Assembly: GCA_038897215.1 (NCBI GenBank)
Contig: JAWAWX010000001.1
Location: 960,001 to 1,024,000 of the forward strand
Reading direction: 5' to 3'
DNA: 64,000 nucleotides
Origin: Acidilobaceae archaeon
GTDB lineage: Archaea > Thermoproteota > Thermoprotei_A > Sulfolobales > Acidilobaceae
Of this stretch, positions 18,144 through 27,611 are shown in pieces. Every line of letters begins with the position of its first letter. The stretch's first letter is position 1. Below the pieces are notes generated by a model. It did not search any database. It had not been told where the DNA came from and saw nothing but the letters and a program-made list of their open reading frames with translations. A program made the position numbers and the translations under genes.

Positions 18144-19861
18144 CCCTCACCAGATATCGCTCTCGGTCTCTTCTTCTCAGCTCTGGCTCTCGCTTCCTCG
18201 ATTAGCGAGCCGATGTTCTTCAAGAAGTCTGGAGGCAGTTTTGTAAAGAGGCGCTCCACATCTCTAGCCTCAATTCTCTGCGGTCTCCGAGGTAGCTCCT
18301 CGTCTAGAGTCTTAGACCATATGTTATCAGTGAAGCCCAGCATCTTCCAGAGCTTTTCTGCAGTACTGGGCATGAAGGGCGCTATGAGTAGAGCTAGATT
18401 CTTGGCTACGAATGCTGAAGCGTAGATCGCTGAAAGCGCCTCCTCTCTCCTCGAGGAGAGAAGGCTCCAGGGTGCTCGCTCGTTGAGGAACCTGTTACCA
18501 GCTCGGGCTAGCTCTAGGATCTTGTCTGTAGCAGCCTTGTACTTGATTTCGTCGAGGAGCTCTACGGCTTCTAGAGCTAGCCTTAGAGAGTTCTCTACGA
18601 ACTCCTCATCAGGCTCTTCTAACCTCTCGGGTTTCTCGACAGCACCCCCTACTCTCTCTATTAGAGCTAAGACTCTGTTGACGAAGTTCCCTATGTCGTC
18701 GTTAAGCTCGCTATTCACTATCCTGTAGAACTCAGCCCACGTGAAGTTCTGGTCTCTAGCCTCAGGTCTGAGGCGTGCTAGAACCCATCTCCAGTACTCG
18801 CCGGGAGCTATCTCTAGAGCCTCATCTACCCAGACCCCGACTCTCCTGCTCTTACTGAAGTGCTGCCCCTCGTAGAGCAGGTACTCTGTAGCGCTAATCC
18901 TCCAGGGGAGATTGTAGGGCTCTCCGCTAGCGAGGAAGAGTGCTGGGAGTATTATCGAGTGGAAGGGTATGTTGTCCTTGCCTATGAAGTAGACTGTTCT
19001 CGCTCCTCCCCCCATCCACCACTTCTTCCACTCGTCTGGAGAAGCTCCCGGCTGTCTCTCAAAGTACTCTATGGTGGCGCTGACGTAGCCGAGGAGAGCG
19101 TCGAACCAGACGTATATCGTCTTTCCTTGAGCTCCAGGGAAGGGAGCCTCTATGCCCCAAGCTAGGTCTCTCGTCACGCTTCTAGGCTTGAGGCCGAGCG
19201 AAACCCAGTTTAGGCTGTACTCGCGGACATTGTCTTGAAGCTCTCTATTCGACTCAAGCCATTCGAGAAGCTGGTCTCTGACCTTAGCCAGGTCTAGGAA
19301 CCAGTGCTTAGACGCCCTATAGACTGGCTTCGAGCCGCAGACGCTACAGCGGGGGTTTATCAGGAGAGTTGGGTGGAGTAGCTTGCCGCACTCATCGCAC
19401 TGGTCTCCTCTAGCTCTAGGGTTGCCGCAGTAAGGGCAGGTCCCCTCGACGAATCTATCTGGGAGAAACATCTCGTCTCTCTCACAGTATGGGAGGACTT
19501 CCTCCTGCTCTACGATGTAGCCTCTCTCGTAGAGCTTGCTGAAGAACTCTCTAACGAATCTCTTGTGGGTATCACTCTCCGTCCTCGAGTAGTTGCTGAA
19601 CTCTATCCCCAGCTTCTTGAAGAGCTCTAGGTCGTACTCGTGAACAGCGTCTGTAAGCTCTTTAGGAGCAATACCCCTCCTCCTAGCCTCTAGCTCTATC
19701 GGAGTGCCGTGCTCGTCGCTCCCAGTTACGTAGATCACCTGGTGCCCTCTGAGTCTGAGGTATCTAGCGTAGATGTCAGCACTGATCAAGTGTATCACTG
19801 TGCCTAGGTGCGGAACGTAGTTCACGTAGGGCCAAGCAGCTGTAACTACATACCTCCCCAT
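18140..19861 (-). CDS. metG: Methionyl-tRNA synthetase (no C-terminal OB domain)
   Basis: AWPYVN..PHLG, GSDEHG, Zn knuckles, YVWFDA, FIGKDN..FH, FSKS. Confidence 0.97.
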   Translation of the reverse strand: MGRYVVTAAWPYVNYVPHLGTVIHLISADIYARYLRLRGHQVIYVTGSDEHGTPIELEARRRGIAPKELTDAVHEYDLELFKKLGIEFSNYSRTESDTHKRFVREFFSKLYERGYIVEQEEVLPYCERDEMFLPDRFVEGTCPYCGNPRARGDQCDECGKLLHPTLLINPRCSVCGSKPVYRASKHWFLDLAKVRDQLLEWLESNRELQDNVREYSLNWVSLGLKPRSVTRDLAWGIEAPFPGAQGKTIYVWFDALLGYVSATIEYFERQPGASPDEWKKWWMGGGARTVYFIGKDNIPFHSIILPALFLASGEPYNLPWRISATEYLLYEGQHFSKSRRVGVWVDEALEIAPGEYWRWVLARLRPEARDQNFTWAEFYRIVNSELNDDIGNFVNRVLALIERVGGAVEKPERLEEPDEEFVENSLRLALEAVELLDEIKYKAATDKILELARAGNRFLNERAPWSLLSSRREEALSAIYASAFVAKNLALLIAPFMPSTAEKLWKMLGFTDNIWSKTLDEELPRRPQRIEARDVERLFTKLPPDFLKNIGSLIEEARARAEKKRPRAISGEG

Positions 19862-19921
19862 AGCTCGAACCCCCCTAGCCGAGGTCTCCCCGGTCGAGGG
19901 CTATAAGACCTAGCTTGATTC

Positions 19922-20236
19922 CTAGGAGGGAGCTTTCTGAGAAGAGTCTTGCTTCTCCTCCTCGCTATAGATCCCTGTGATCCAGGCTTCTACCCCCTCG
20001 CCGCAGGGGCCTACTAGCTTGCCTACGTAGTCTCCAGGCTGGAACTCTCTGACTTGTCTCGTGCCTCCGCAATCTATCACAGTGTAGTATCTCTTCTTGG
20101 TCTGAGCTAGCGCGGATTTGATCATGGATTGCTGTCTGCTCATGAAGAACGCTAGAGCTGCCAGGATGACGAGTGTGAGCAGTAAGATCATGGCTGTGGT
20201 TTGAGCTACATTGTCTGTCTGCATCGCTATCACCAT
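19922..20236 (-). CDS. Small membrane-anchored hypothetical protein
   Basis: N-terminal TM; C...REF..GDYV.K...C...I.GIY; 2 nt from upstream gene. Confidence 0.65.
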   Translation of the reverse strand: MVIAMQTDNVAQTTAMILLLTLVILAALAFFMSRQQSMIKSALAQTKKRYYTVIDCGGTRQVREFQPGDYVGKLVGPCGEGVEAWITGIYSEEEKQDSSQKAPS

Positions 20237-20238
20237 TC

Positions 20239-21354
20239 TCAGATCACGCCCCCCGTGTTCCCTATTCCAGCCACGATCACTACATCGCCGGGACTGCTTT
20301 CAGACCTGATGATCTCCTTGACTCTCTCGACAGCCTTCTCTACTCCCTCGTATACCTTCTTGTTAATCGCTTGAATAGCTTCTTCTAGAGACATCTTAAC
20401 GATTACTGCTCTAAGCGGGATCCCGTGCTCGGCCGCGATGCGCTCAAACTTGATCTTCTCGGGGCCTGGGTCTCCTATAGCTGCTCCCACGCCGTCAGCA
20501 ACCAAGCCTGACTCCTCTCCCTCCAGCTTGAGAGCAGCGTCTACTGTGATCAAGAGCTTGGGTTTTACTCCCTTCTCAACGAGAGACTTCACGATCTTCT
20601 CTACAGCCGAGCCCGGTCTCCCGACCTCGGGAGCGGGGCCTCTAGCTTTGACTATGATCAGCTTCCTATCCTCGAAATCTAACTGTGTGTAGACTGTATC
20701 CACGTCTACCTCAACCCAGCTAGCGTTAGGCCCGGCTAGCTTCACTGCTACCATAGGCCCAGCCGCGTCGCCTACCGGGCGCCCCTCTATGAAGTCGTCT
20801 AGAGCTCTCCTCAGCGTAGACGCGATTTGGAGGATCTGAGAGAGCTGTAATTGTAACTGCATTATCAGAATCCAGTTGTTGGTCTTCTCTCCAAGAAGGA
20901 GGTAGTGTCTAACCAGCTTGTATATGAGGTTGAGAGCTGCAGTTATCTCAGCCGCGACCTCAGCTCTGCCTCTCACGAGAGAGTCCGCTTCAGGCATAGC
21001 CTTCTCGAACTCTTCTTTAAACCTTCTAACCCTAAGGTTTATCAAGTGCTCGAGCCTCTTGATTATATCAGTAGGCTCTATGGATACAGGCTCTATGATG
21101 AAGAACTCCTGGACTCTGTTGAGTAGAGTCTCGGGGTTTCTAGCATTGCTCTTAACCATGTAGTCTAGAGTCTTGTTTCTAGCTTCGAGAGCTAGCGAGT
21201 TCAGAATATTCATCCTACTCCTTATGTCTCTAACCCAGAGATACACTTGTAGCCGTTGATTAAAGCCCAGGATCAGCATCAGTATGAATATGATCCACAT
21301 TAGCTGGAGAAGCACCTGAACCCATGCCGCTAGAGTCTCAGACCCATTTACCAC
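20239..21354 (-). CDS. DUF1512 family membrane protein
   Basis: N-terminal TM; I.PV..EPT.I..RL, P.GD.AGP.VA, VDAALKLEGE.SG.VA.G.GAAIGDPGPEK, GIGNT.GV. Confidence 0.8.
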   Translation of the reverse strand: MVNGSETLAAWVQVLLQLMWIIFILMLILGFNQRLQVYLWVRDIRSRMNILNSLALEARNKTLDYMVKSNARNPETLLNRVQEFFIIEPVSIEPTDIIKRLEHLINLRVRRFKEEFEKAMPEADSLVRGRAEVAAEITAALNLIYKLVRHYLLLGEKTNNWILIMQLQLQLSQILQIASTLRRALDDFIEGRPVGDAAGPMVAVKLAGPNASWVEVDVDTVYTQLDFEDRKLIIVKARGPAPEVGRPGSAVEKIVKSLVEKGVKPKLLITVDAALKLEGEESGLVADGVGAAIGDPGPEKIKFERIAAEHGIPLRAVIVKMSLEEAIQAINKKVYEGVEKAVERVKEIIRSESSPGDVVIVAGIGNTGGVI

Positions 21355-21647
21355 TAGCTACCCCGAAGATGAGAGACGAGGATAGCTCATTAATAAAGTT
21401 TTCCCCTAACCCGGCCGAAGTAGCTAGTGTCATGATGAACACCGAGAGACTCGTCGAGCAGACGGTTGCGAGCATTCTGCGGATAGCGGGAGAATTCAGA
21501 CACTCCCTAGCGACAAACCGCTACCGCCAAGACGAGTTGACTTAGAGCCCGCGAAGGTCGAGCCTTCAATGAAACTCAGTCACACAGTGGTCGATACAGG
21601 TAGCTGATTGCTAGGAGAATAGCGGGTTTCAGACGAGGAGCATATTG

Positions 21648-21726
21648 TGGTGCGGCGGCCGGGATTTGAACCCGGGACCTCCGGCTTGGCAGGCCGGCGT
21701 CCTAGTCCAGGCTAGACGACCGCCGC
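21648..21726 (-). tRNA. tRNA-Gly(GCC)
   Basis: Cloverleaf, loop CT-GCC-AA, encoded CCA. Confidence 0.97.
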
Positions 21727-21775
21727 TCCGGCTCCGTCTCTCCTTGAGAGAGTCTTTAAGTGTTTCCCGTGCCGG

Positions 21776-23137
21776 CTAGCTTCGCGCCTGGTAGTGTCTC
21801 CTGAGGGTCTCTAGAGCTTCTGCGAGCACCTCGACTAGTCTCTCTGCCTGGCTCGGGGTGTGCGCCATTGAGGGGAGGAGGTGTGGCATCTTCTCGGTCA
21901 TGTAGAGGACTCCTTTGAGTCTCGCGTATAGGTGGAGTGCTGTGTATAGCTTCGAGTGTCTTCTCGTAGCGTAGGCTTCTCTCACGTTTCTAGGCTTCTT
22001 GGTGGTGAAGTGTATCCCGATCATGCTAGCCACGTTGGTGACCCAGCAGATCCTGTCTGCTTCCTCGCATATAGAGTCTATCTTCCTAGCTGTAGACTCC
22101 CAGAGGCTGTTGAAGCTCTCGTAGAGGTGCTTGTTGGATGCTAGATACCTGACAGTGGCCAGCCCGGCGGCGCAGGTGACGGGGTTGCCCGTGAATGTCC
22201 CCCCGTGGAAGCTCCTCCTCCTAGGGTTCGGTTCTCTGAGATGGTCTAGGAGTCTCATAACCTCCTCTCTACCACCGAAAGCCCCCGCTCCCGGCATCCC
22301 TCCCCCTATTATCTTGCCTAGAGTCACTATGTCTGCTTTGACGCCGAAGTACTCCTGAGCTCCACCCAGAGACAGCCTGAACCCCGTGATCACCTCATCG
22401 AATATCAGCAAGGCTCCGTGCTCTTCAGTTAGCCTCCTCAGTTCCTCGAGATAGCCTTTCTCAGGCTCGAGCGCTCCCCCGGCTCCGGGGACTGGCTCGA
22501 CTATCACTGCTGCTACGTCGAACTCTCTAAGCTTAGCTTCAAGAGCCTCGACGTCGTTGAAGGGGACTGTTAGAGTGTACTTGATGAAATCCTCCAGTAG
22601 CCCGAGAGACTCGGGGCCCTCGAATGGGGGCGTGACTCCAGTATGGAGAGCGTCTAAGCCCCCGTGCCAGCCTCCCTCTATCTTCACCACGTACTTGCGT
22701 CCTGTGAATGCTCTAGCTAAGCGGAGAGCGTACATGTTCGCCTCCGTGCCGCTATTAGTGAATCTCACCATCTCCAGTCCCGGCACTATCTTCGTTAATA
22801 GCTCAGCATACTCGAGAGCATAGGGGTTCTCGAAACCCAGATGAGAGCCATCCCTGAGAGCTTCCGCGACAGCCTCCACTACTAGCTCCGGAGAGTGGCC
22901 TAGTATAAGCGACCCGTGCCCCATCCAGTAGTCATCGTAGACATTGCCGTCCACATCCCAAACCCGAGAACCCTTACCTCTACTGACGAAGAGAGGATAT
23001 GGGGGAAACCATCTTATATGGTATGTGGTGCCGCCAGGAAGCACTCTTAGAGCTCTCTCATACATAACTCTACTACCTCTAGTCCTCTCGCTCACTAACG
23101 ACTCGAGCTGAGCCGTGAGGTCATCTAGCGAAGCCAT
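21776..23137 (-). CDS. hemL: Class III PLP aminotransferase, glutamate-1-semialdehyde aminomutase-like
   Basis: RFTNSGTEA, LLIFDEVITGFR, LGKIIGGG.P, HGGTFTGNP. Confidence 0.8.
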   Translation of the reverse strand: MASLDDLTAQLESLVSERTRGSRVMYERALRVLPGGTTYHIRWFPPYPLFVSRGKGSRVWDVDGNVYDDYWMGHGSLILGHSPELVVEAVAEALRDGSHLGFENPYALEYAELLTKIVPGLEMVRFTNSGTEANMYALRLARAFTGRKYVVKIEGGWHGGLDALHTGVTPPFEGPESLGLLEDFIKYTLTVPFNDVEALEAKLREFDVAAVIVEPVPGAGGALEPEKGYLEELRRLTEEHGALLIFDEVITGFRLSLGGAQEYFGVKADIVTLGKIIGGGMPGAGAFGGREEVMRLLDHLREPNPRRRSFHGGTFTGNPVTCAAGLATVRYLASNKHLYESFNSLWESTARKIDSICEEADRICWVTNVASMIGIHFTTKKPRNVREAYATRRHSKLYTALHLYARLKGVLYMTEKMPHLLPSMAHTPSQAERLVEVLAEALETLRRHYQARS

Positions 23138-23346
23138 AGACCAGCCCTCTCCAGGAGCCGTCTATGATGCCTGCTAGTATTCCTAAATAGCGATATGCTG
23201 GATCGCAATGAGTAGAGAGAGCTCCAAGCACTCGACTCGCGGAGAGCAAACGTGTTCTCGAAGCTCAGAAAGAGAGTCCTAAAACTCGTAAATACCTCTA
23301 GCTTGAAGTGCAGCCTCGCTTTCAGTCTCTTCCGCTACCTCTATCC

Positions 23347-23652
23347 CTAGTATATGACTAGTATGTTTTCTTCGGGGAAGCCTAGCTCTACCAGTATCTT
23401 CTTCACTCTCTGCCTCTGATCTCCTTGAAGCTCTATCCTCCCATCTTTCGCCGTGCCGCCAACAGCTAGTCTCGATTTAAGCATTGAAGCTAGCTCTTTC
23501 AGCTTCGTTTCTCTCTCATCTATCCCCTCGATTATCGTTACCTCTTTACCAAATCTTCTCTTCTCGAGCCTAACCTTTATGATCTGCTGTTCTAGAGCTA
23601 GCTGCTCGCATATCTCGGGGGGGAGGTTACCACATACATCTAGTCCTGCCAT
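23347..23652 (-). CDS. sui1: Translation initiation factor aIF1 (SUI1)
   Basis: [30 protein letters not shown]. Confidence 0.95.
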   Translation of the reverse strand: MAGLDVCGNLPPEICEQLALEQQIIKVRLEKRRFGKEVTIIEGIDERETKLKELASMLKSRLAVGGTAKDGRIELQGDQRQRVKKILVELGFPEENILVIY

Positions 23653-23743
23653 CTTCTATGTTCTCCCCTCGAAACGCTCGATTCTACCTATCTCGCCTAG
23701 TAGGGATATAAGCCTTACTGAGCGTCAGGACGTGGGGAGCTAG

Positions 23744-23974
23744 ATGGCGGCTAGGCGGAGAGATGAGGATTTTCTCGAGAGAGCAGAGAGCCTCTACTAC
23801 GGGATAAAAGACGTCCCAGTATACTATAGGTGTGTACAGTGCGGCTACGAGGCTGAGATACGGGAGATAACCAGGCTACCTAGCCTCATGTGCCCCAAGT
23901 GCGGGTACAGAGTATTCGTTAAGGTTAGAGCTCCTCCTCAAAGCGGACACATCAAGAAAGTTAAAGCTATCTAG
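23744..23974 (+). CDS. rpoP: RNA polymerase subunit Rpo12 (P)
   Basis: YRCVQCG...CPKCGYRVFVKVR.P...K.VKA; GGGGAG SD. Confidence 0.9.
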   Translation: MAARRRDEDFLERAESLYYGIKDVPVYYRCVQCGYEAEIREITRLPSLMCPKCGYRVFVKVRAPPQSGHIKKVKAI

Positions 23975-24899
23975 GCCTTCCAGAGCTCTGGATTGACGCT
24001 ATGATAGCTTCTTGTAGAGCCTTAGCGGCTAGTATGCTCGTAACTCCCCCTACATCGAAGGGAGGAGTCACTTCCACTACATCGATTGCTATCACTCGCT
24101 CGTCAGCTATGCTAGCTATTAGTGGTAGAGCCTCTCTCGGAGTAAGCCCCGCTGGCTCCGGATTACCGACACCGGGAGCGTACGATGGGTCGAAGACATC
24201 CATATCTATGGTTATGTATATGTGCTCGCAGCCTGACAAGTGCCTCCTCACGCTAGCAACGATGTTAGCTAAACCCATAGCCTCCACGGACCTAGCGTGA
24301 GTAATGTGTATCGAGGGCTTCCCTCTAGCGAAGCTTATCTCCTCCTCGGAATAAGCTCTCACACCTACGTAAGCCACGCGGGTCTCTCCTAGTGCTTCAA
24401 GGATCCTCATGATTACACACGCGTGGCTGTATCTAACGCCCAGATAGTCGCTCCTCAAGTCTAGGTGTGAGTCGAAGACGACTAGGCAGGGCTTGTAGCC
24501 TGCTCTCTTAAGCCCTCTAGCTACACCAAAGGATACGATGTGCTCTCCGCCTATGACAGCAAGCTTCTTCCCCTCTCCGGCTAGCTCCTCGACCACGTCG
24601 GATAGCCTCTCGAGAGACTCCGAGATGTCTCCATGAGCTACCACCAAATCGCCCTCATCGTATATGAATGTAGGCTCGAGGAAGCCCTCGAAGGAGTAAG
24701 CGTTAGGCTCGATGTTGATCGAGGCTTCTCTAATAGAGAGAGGAGCGAACCTCTGGCCAGACCTATAGCTAGCCGTCGTGTCAAGCGGTACTCCGAGAAT
24801 CAGGAATACCGCTTTATCCCTATCGCTATCCACGCCTGTGAACACATAGGGTCTCTTGACTACATACAGCTCTCTGGCCGTCAAGCCGGAGCCCACCAA
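23967..24899 (-). CDS. speB: Agmatinase
   Basis: GVPLD.T.SYR.G.RFAP, GGEH, DSHLD, SHAC, DMDVFDP..APGVGNPEP.G. Confidence 0.93.
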   Translation of the reverse strand: MVGSGLTARELYVVKRPYVFTGVDSDRDKAVFLILGVPLDTTASYRSGQRFAPLSIREASINIEPNAYSFEGFLEPTFIYDEGDLVVAHGDISESLERLSDVVEELAGEGKKLAVIGGEHIVSFGVARGLKRAGYKPCLVVFDSHLDLRSDYLGVRYSHACVIMRILEALGETRVAYVGVRAYSEEEISFARGKPSIHITHARSVEAMGLANIVASVRRHLSGCEHIYITIDMDVFDPSYAPGVGNPEPAGLTPREALPLIASIADERVIAIDVVEVTPPFDVGGVTSILAAKALQEAIIASIQSSGRPR

Positions 24900-24974
24900 C
24901 TAGCCCTAAGAAGAGAATGAAAAAGCTTATTATCCAAAAGCTCTTGAAGCCCTTAGGTTAAGGGAGGGAGCGTT

Positions 24975-26741
24975 TTGAGTGAGCGTGACCTATTCGAGAT
25001 AATATCGGATCTAGCTAAGAGAAGAGGGTTCTTCTGGCAATCCTTCGAGATATACGGTGGCATCTCAGGCTTCTACGACCTGGGCCCCTATGGAGTGCTA
25101 TTGAAGAATAGAATCCTAGAGAAGTGGAGAGAGTTCTTCGTCAAAAAACATCAAGACTACGTTGTTGAGATCGAGTCGCCCATAGTAGCTCCCGGTATCG
25201 TGTTCGAGGCTAGCGGGCACGTGAAGCACTTCACAGACCCGATAGTATCCTGCCTGAAGTGCGGTAGGAGGTATAGAGCAGACCACTTGATCGAAGAGGC
25301 TCTAGGAGTGAGCGTTGAGGGTCTTAGCTTAGAGGAGCTCACGAAACTCATCCGAGAGAACAACATTCGATGCCCTGTAGACGGGGGAGATCTTAGCGAA
25401 GCCAGAAGCTTCAATCTACTCTTCAAAACCACCATAGGACCCTATGAGGATAACGTGGGCTACTTGAGACCAGAGCTTGCTCAAGGCATGTTCGTAGCGT
25501 TTAAGAGAGTCTATGAGAGTATGCGTGGAAGACTTCCACTAGGGATAGCGCAGATAGGTAGAGTTATGCGGAATGAGATAAGCCCGAGGCAGGCTATGAT
25601 AAGACTGAGAGAGTTCACGATAGCTGAGATGGAGTACTTCTTCGACCCTCGGAACGAAGAAGAGAGCTGTCCCTTCTTCGAGAAGGTTAAAAGCGAGAAG
25701 CTCAAGATACTCACATACGAAGCGAAGACTCGAGGCGAGAGCCCCGCCTGGATCACCTTAGAGGATGCCGTCGAGTCTAGAGTTATAGTCAACAAGTGTC
25801 TAGCGTACTGGATGTATGTTGGGAGGATCTTCGCTGAAAGCCTAGGAATCCCCTCAGACAGCATAGTATTCGTTGAGAAGGGGCCGCATGAGAGAGCTCA
25901 CTACTCTCGACAGACATTCGATGAGATGGTGAAGGTTTCTCGCTGGGGGTGGGTCGAGATAGCCGGGCACGCCTACAGAGGCGACTACGACCTCTCAATG
26001 CATATAGCTTACAGCAAAGCCGACTTGACAGTATTCAGACCATACTCTGAGCCAAAGGTAGTGAAGACGAAGAGACTCGTCTTAGACAAGAGGATACTAG
26101 GCTCTATGTATAGAGAGAGGTTGGCGAGCGTCCTGGAGACCGCTAAGTCTCTCACTATAGAGGAGGTAGAGGAGAAGGTAAGGAGAGGAGAGGATATCGT
26201 AGTCGGAGACTTCTTGATCCCAGCGTCAGCTATACGCGTTGAGGAGGTAGAGGAGAAGATATATGGAGAAAAGCTAGTCCCCCATGTGGTAGAGCCATCC
26301 TTCGGGGTAGAGAGACTGCTATACGTGACGATGGAGTATGCTCTAAGAGAGAAGAACGGGAGGATAATACTGGCTTTCCCTAGAGACATAGCTCCAGTCC
26401 AGGCAGCAGTCTTCCCTCTACTCGAGAACGAGCCGGAGCTCTTGAGGAAAGCGAGAGAACTCTACGACATGCTCGTAGAATCCGGCTTCACTGTAATCTA
26501 TGACGACTCGGGGAGCATAGGTAGAAGGTATGCTCGAGCAGACGAGATCGGAGTGCCTGCAGCTTTCACTATAGACTTCCAGACACTAGAAGACGGCACC
26601 GTCACTATGAGAGATAGAGACACGTGGAGACAGATAAGAGTACACATGAGGAACGCGCCCGAGACTCTAGCTAGATTCCTCAAAGGAGCTAGAATCGAGG
26701 ACCTCGGCCCCCTCTACGAGAGAGAGTATAGAGAGCAGTAG
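24975..26741 (+). CDS. glyS: Glycyl-tRNA synthetase (alpha2 type)
   Basis: KRRGFF...EIYGG, ASGH...FTDP, LRPELAQG, RNEISPRQ..IRLREF, PHVVEPSFG.ER. Confidence 0.97.
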   Translation: MSERDLFEIISDLAKRRGFFWQSFEIYGGISGFYDLGPYGVLLKNRILEKWREFFVKKHQDYVVEIESPIVAPGIVFEASGHVKHFTDPIVSCLKCGRRYRADHLIEEALGVSVEGLSLEELTKLIRENNIRCPVDGGDLSEARSFNLLFKTTIGPYEDNVGYLRPELAQGMFVAFKRVYESMRGRLPLGIAQIGRVMRNEISPRQAMIRLREFTIAEMEYFFDPRNEEESCPFFEKVKSEKLKILTYEAKTRGESPAWITLEDAVESRVIVNKCLAYWMYVGRIFAESLGIPSDSIVFVEKGPHERAHYSRQTFDEMVKVSRWGWVEIAGHAYRGDYDLSMHIAYSKADLTVFRPYSEPKVVKTKRLVLDKRILGSMYRERLASVLETAKSLTIEEVEEKVRRGEDIVVGDFLIPASAIRVEEVEEKIYGEKLVPHVVEPSFGVERLLYVTMEYALREKNGRIILAFPRDIAPVQAAVFPLLENEPELLRKARELYDMLVESGFTVIYDDSGSIGRRYARADEIGVPAAFTIDFQTLEDGTVTMRDRDTWRQIRVHMRNAPETLARFLKGARIEDLGPLYEREYREQ

Positions 26742-26805
26742 CTTAGCCTATAGCCCGTTAAAACCTTAAGCTTCACTCAACCGCTATCTTGTATGAGGAT
26801 GGCTC

Positions 26806-27180
26806 GTGGTGACTGAAGGAAGAGTGGAGAAGACTGAGCCCGATAAGAGTAGGATCCGGCACATCTTGTCTCGAATACCTCCACCCTCAGCTCTCAGAGA
26901 GAGCCAGGAGAGAGCGGTGAGAGAGAGAAGGCTGAGGATAGTGTATGATAGTAGCGTCAAGCCTGGCTACGCTAAAGTCCACACTTCGCTGGCTAAATCT
27001 CTAGGAGTGGAGAGCTACCTAGAGGTCGTAGCGGCGGGAAAAGACCCTCTCGTGCTCAAAGCTATCCTAGAAGATTCGGTAGAAGAAGCTAGAGTGCACG
27101 TGAACCCCGAGGAGATGAAGACTCACGGGATAGCGGATAACAGCATTGTGACAGTGAGAGCAGCTAGAAAAGCAGGCTAG
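26806..27180 (+). CDS. Small protein with double-psi beta-barrel (CDC48 N-domain-like) pattern
   Basis: Two half repeats GYAKVH..LAKSLGV and RVHVNPEEMK.HGIADNSIVTVRA. Confidence 0.55.
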   Translation: MVTEGRVEKTEPDKSRIRHILSRIPPPSALRESQERAVRERRLRIVYDSSVKPGYAKVHTSLAKSLGVESYLEVVAAGKDPLVLKAILEDSVEEARVHVNPEEMKTHGIADNSIVTVRAARKAG

Positions 27181-27190
27181 GTCTTAGCCT

Positions 27191-27598
27191 ATGGGGTCTC
27201 AGATAGTTGAGAGGATAGCATTCATCCTCCTAGAGTACATAAGCGCTATAGATGACGCTAAGCTCGTACTAGCTCTAGCGCAGAGCAGTGACGAGAGAGA
27301 GGTAGAGCGTATTGAGAGCAAGATCTTGAGATTGAGAGAGCTAAGGCGGGGTCTCGGCGAAAGCATAGACTCCTTGATCGTCATGATTGGAGGAGAAGCA
27401 GAGCTAGATGAGGAGGTAGCGAGCGACCTCAGCTCTTTGCTGAACTATTATCTGATAGTGGCTTATAACGATGAGCGAGAGATTTTGGAGTATGCTTCAA
27501 GCTTCATTGATGTCAGCAGAGACCTCGAAGAACTGAGAGGGTTCAAGAACAAGATAGAGAGAGTGCTCGAGAAAGTCTCGGAGGCTCCTCGCGTTTAG
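27191..27598 (+). CDS. Hypothetical helical protein
   Basis: 135 aa ORF, host codon usage, 10 nt after previous gene. Confidence 0.6.
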   Translation: MGSQIVERIAFILLEYISAIDDAKLVLALAQSSDEREVERIESKILRLRELRRGLGESIDSLIVMIGGEAELDEEVASDLSSLLNYYLIVAYNDEREILEYASSFIDVSRDLEELRGFKNKIERVLEKVSEAPRV

Positions 27599-27611
27599 CG
27601 TGTGCCGCGTC

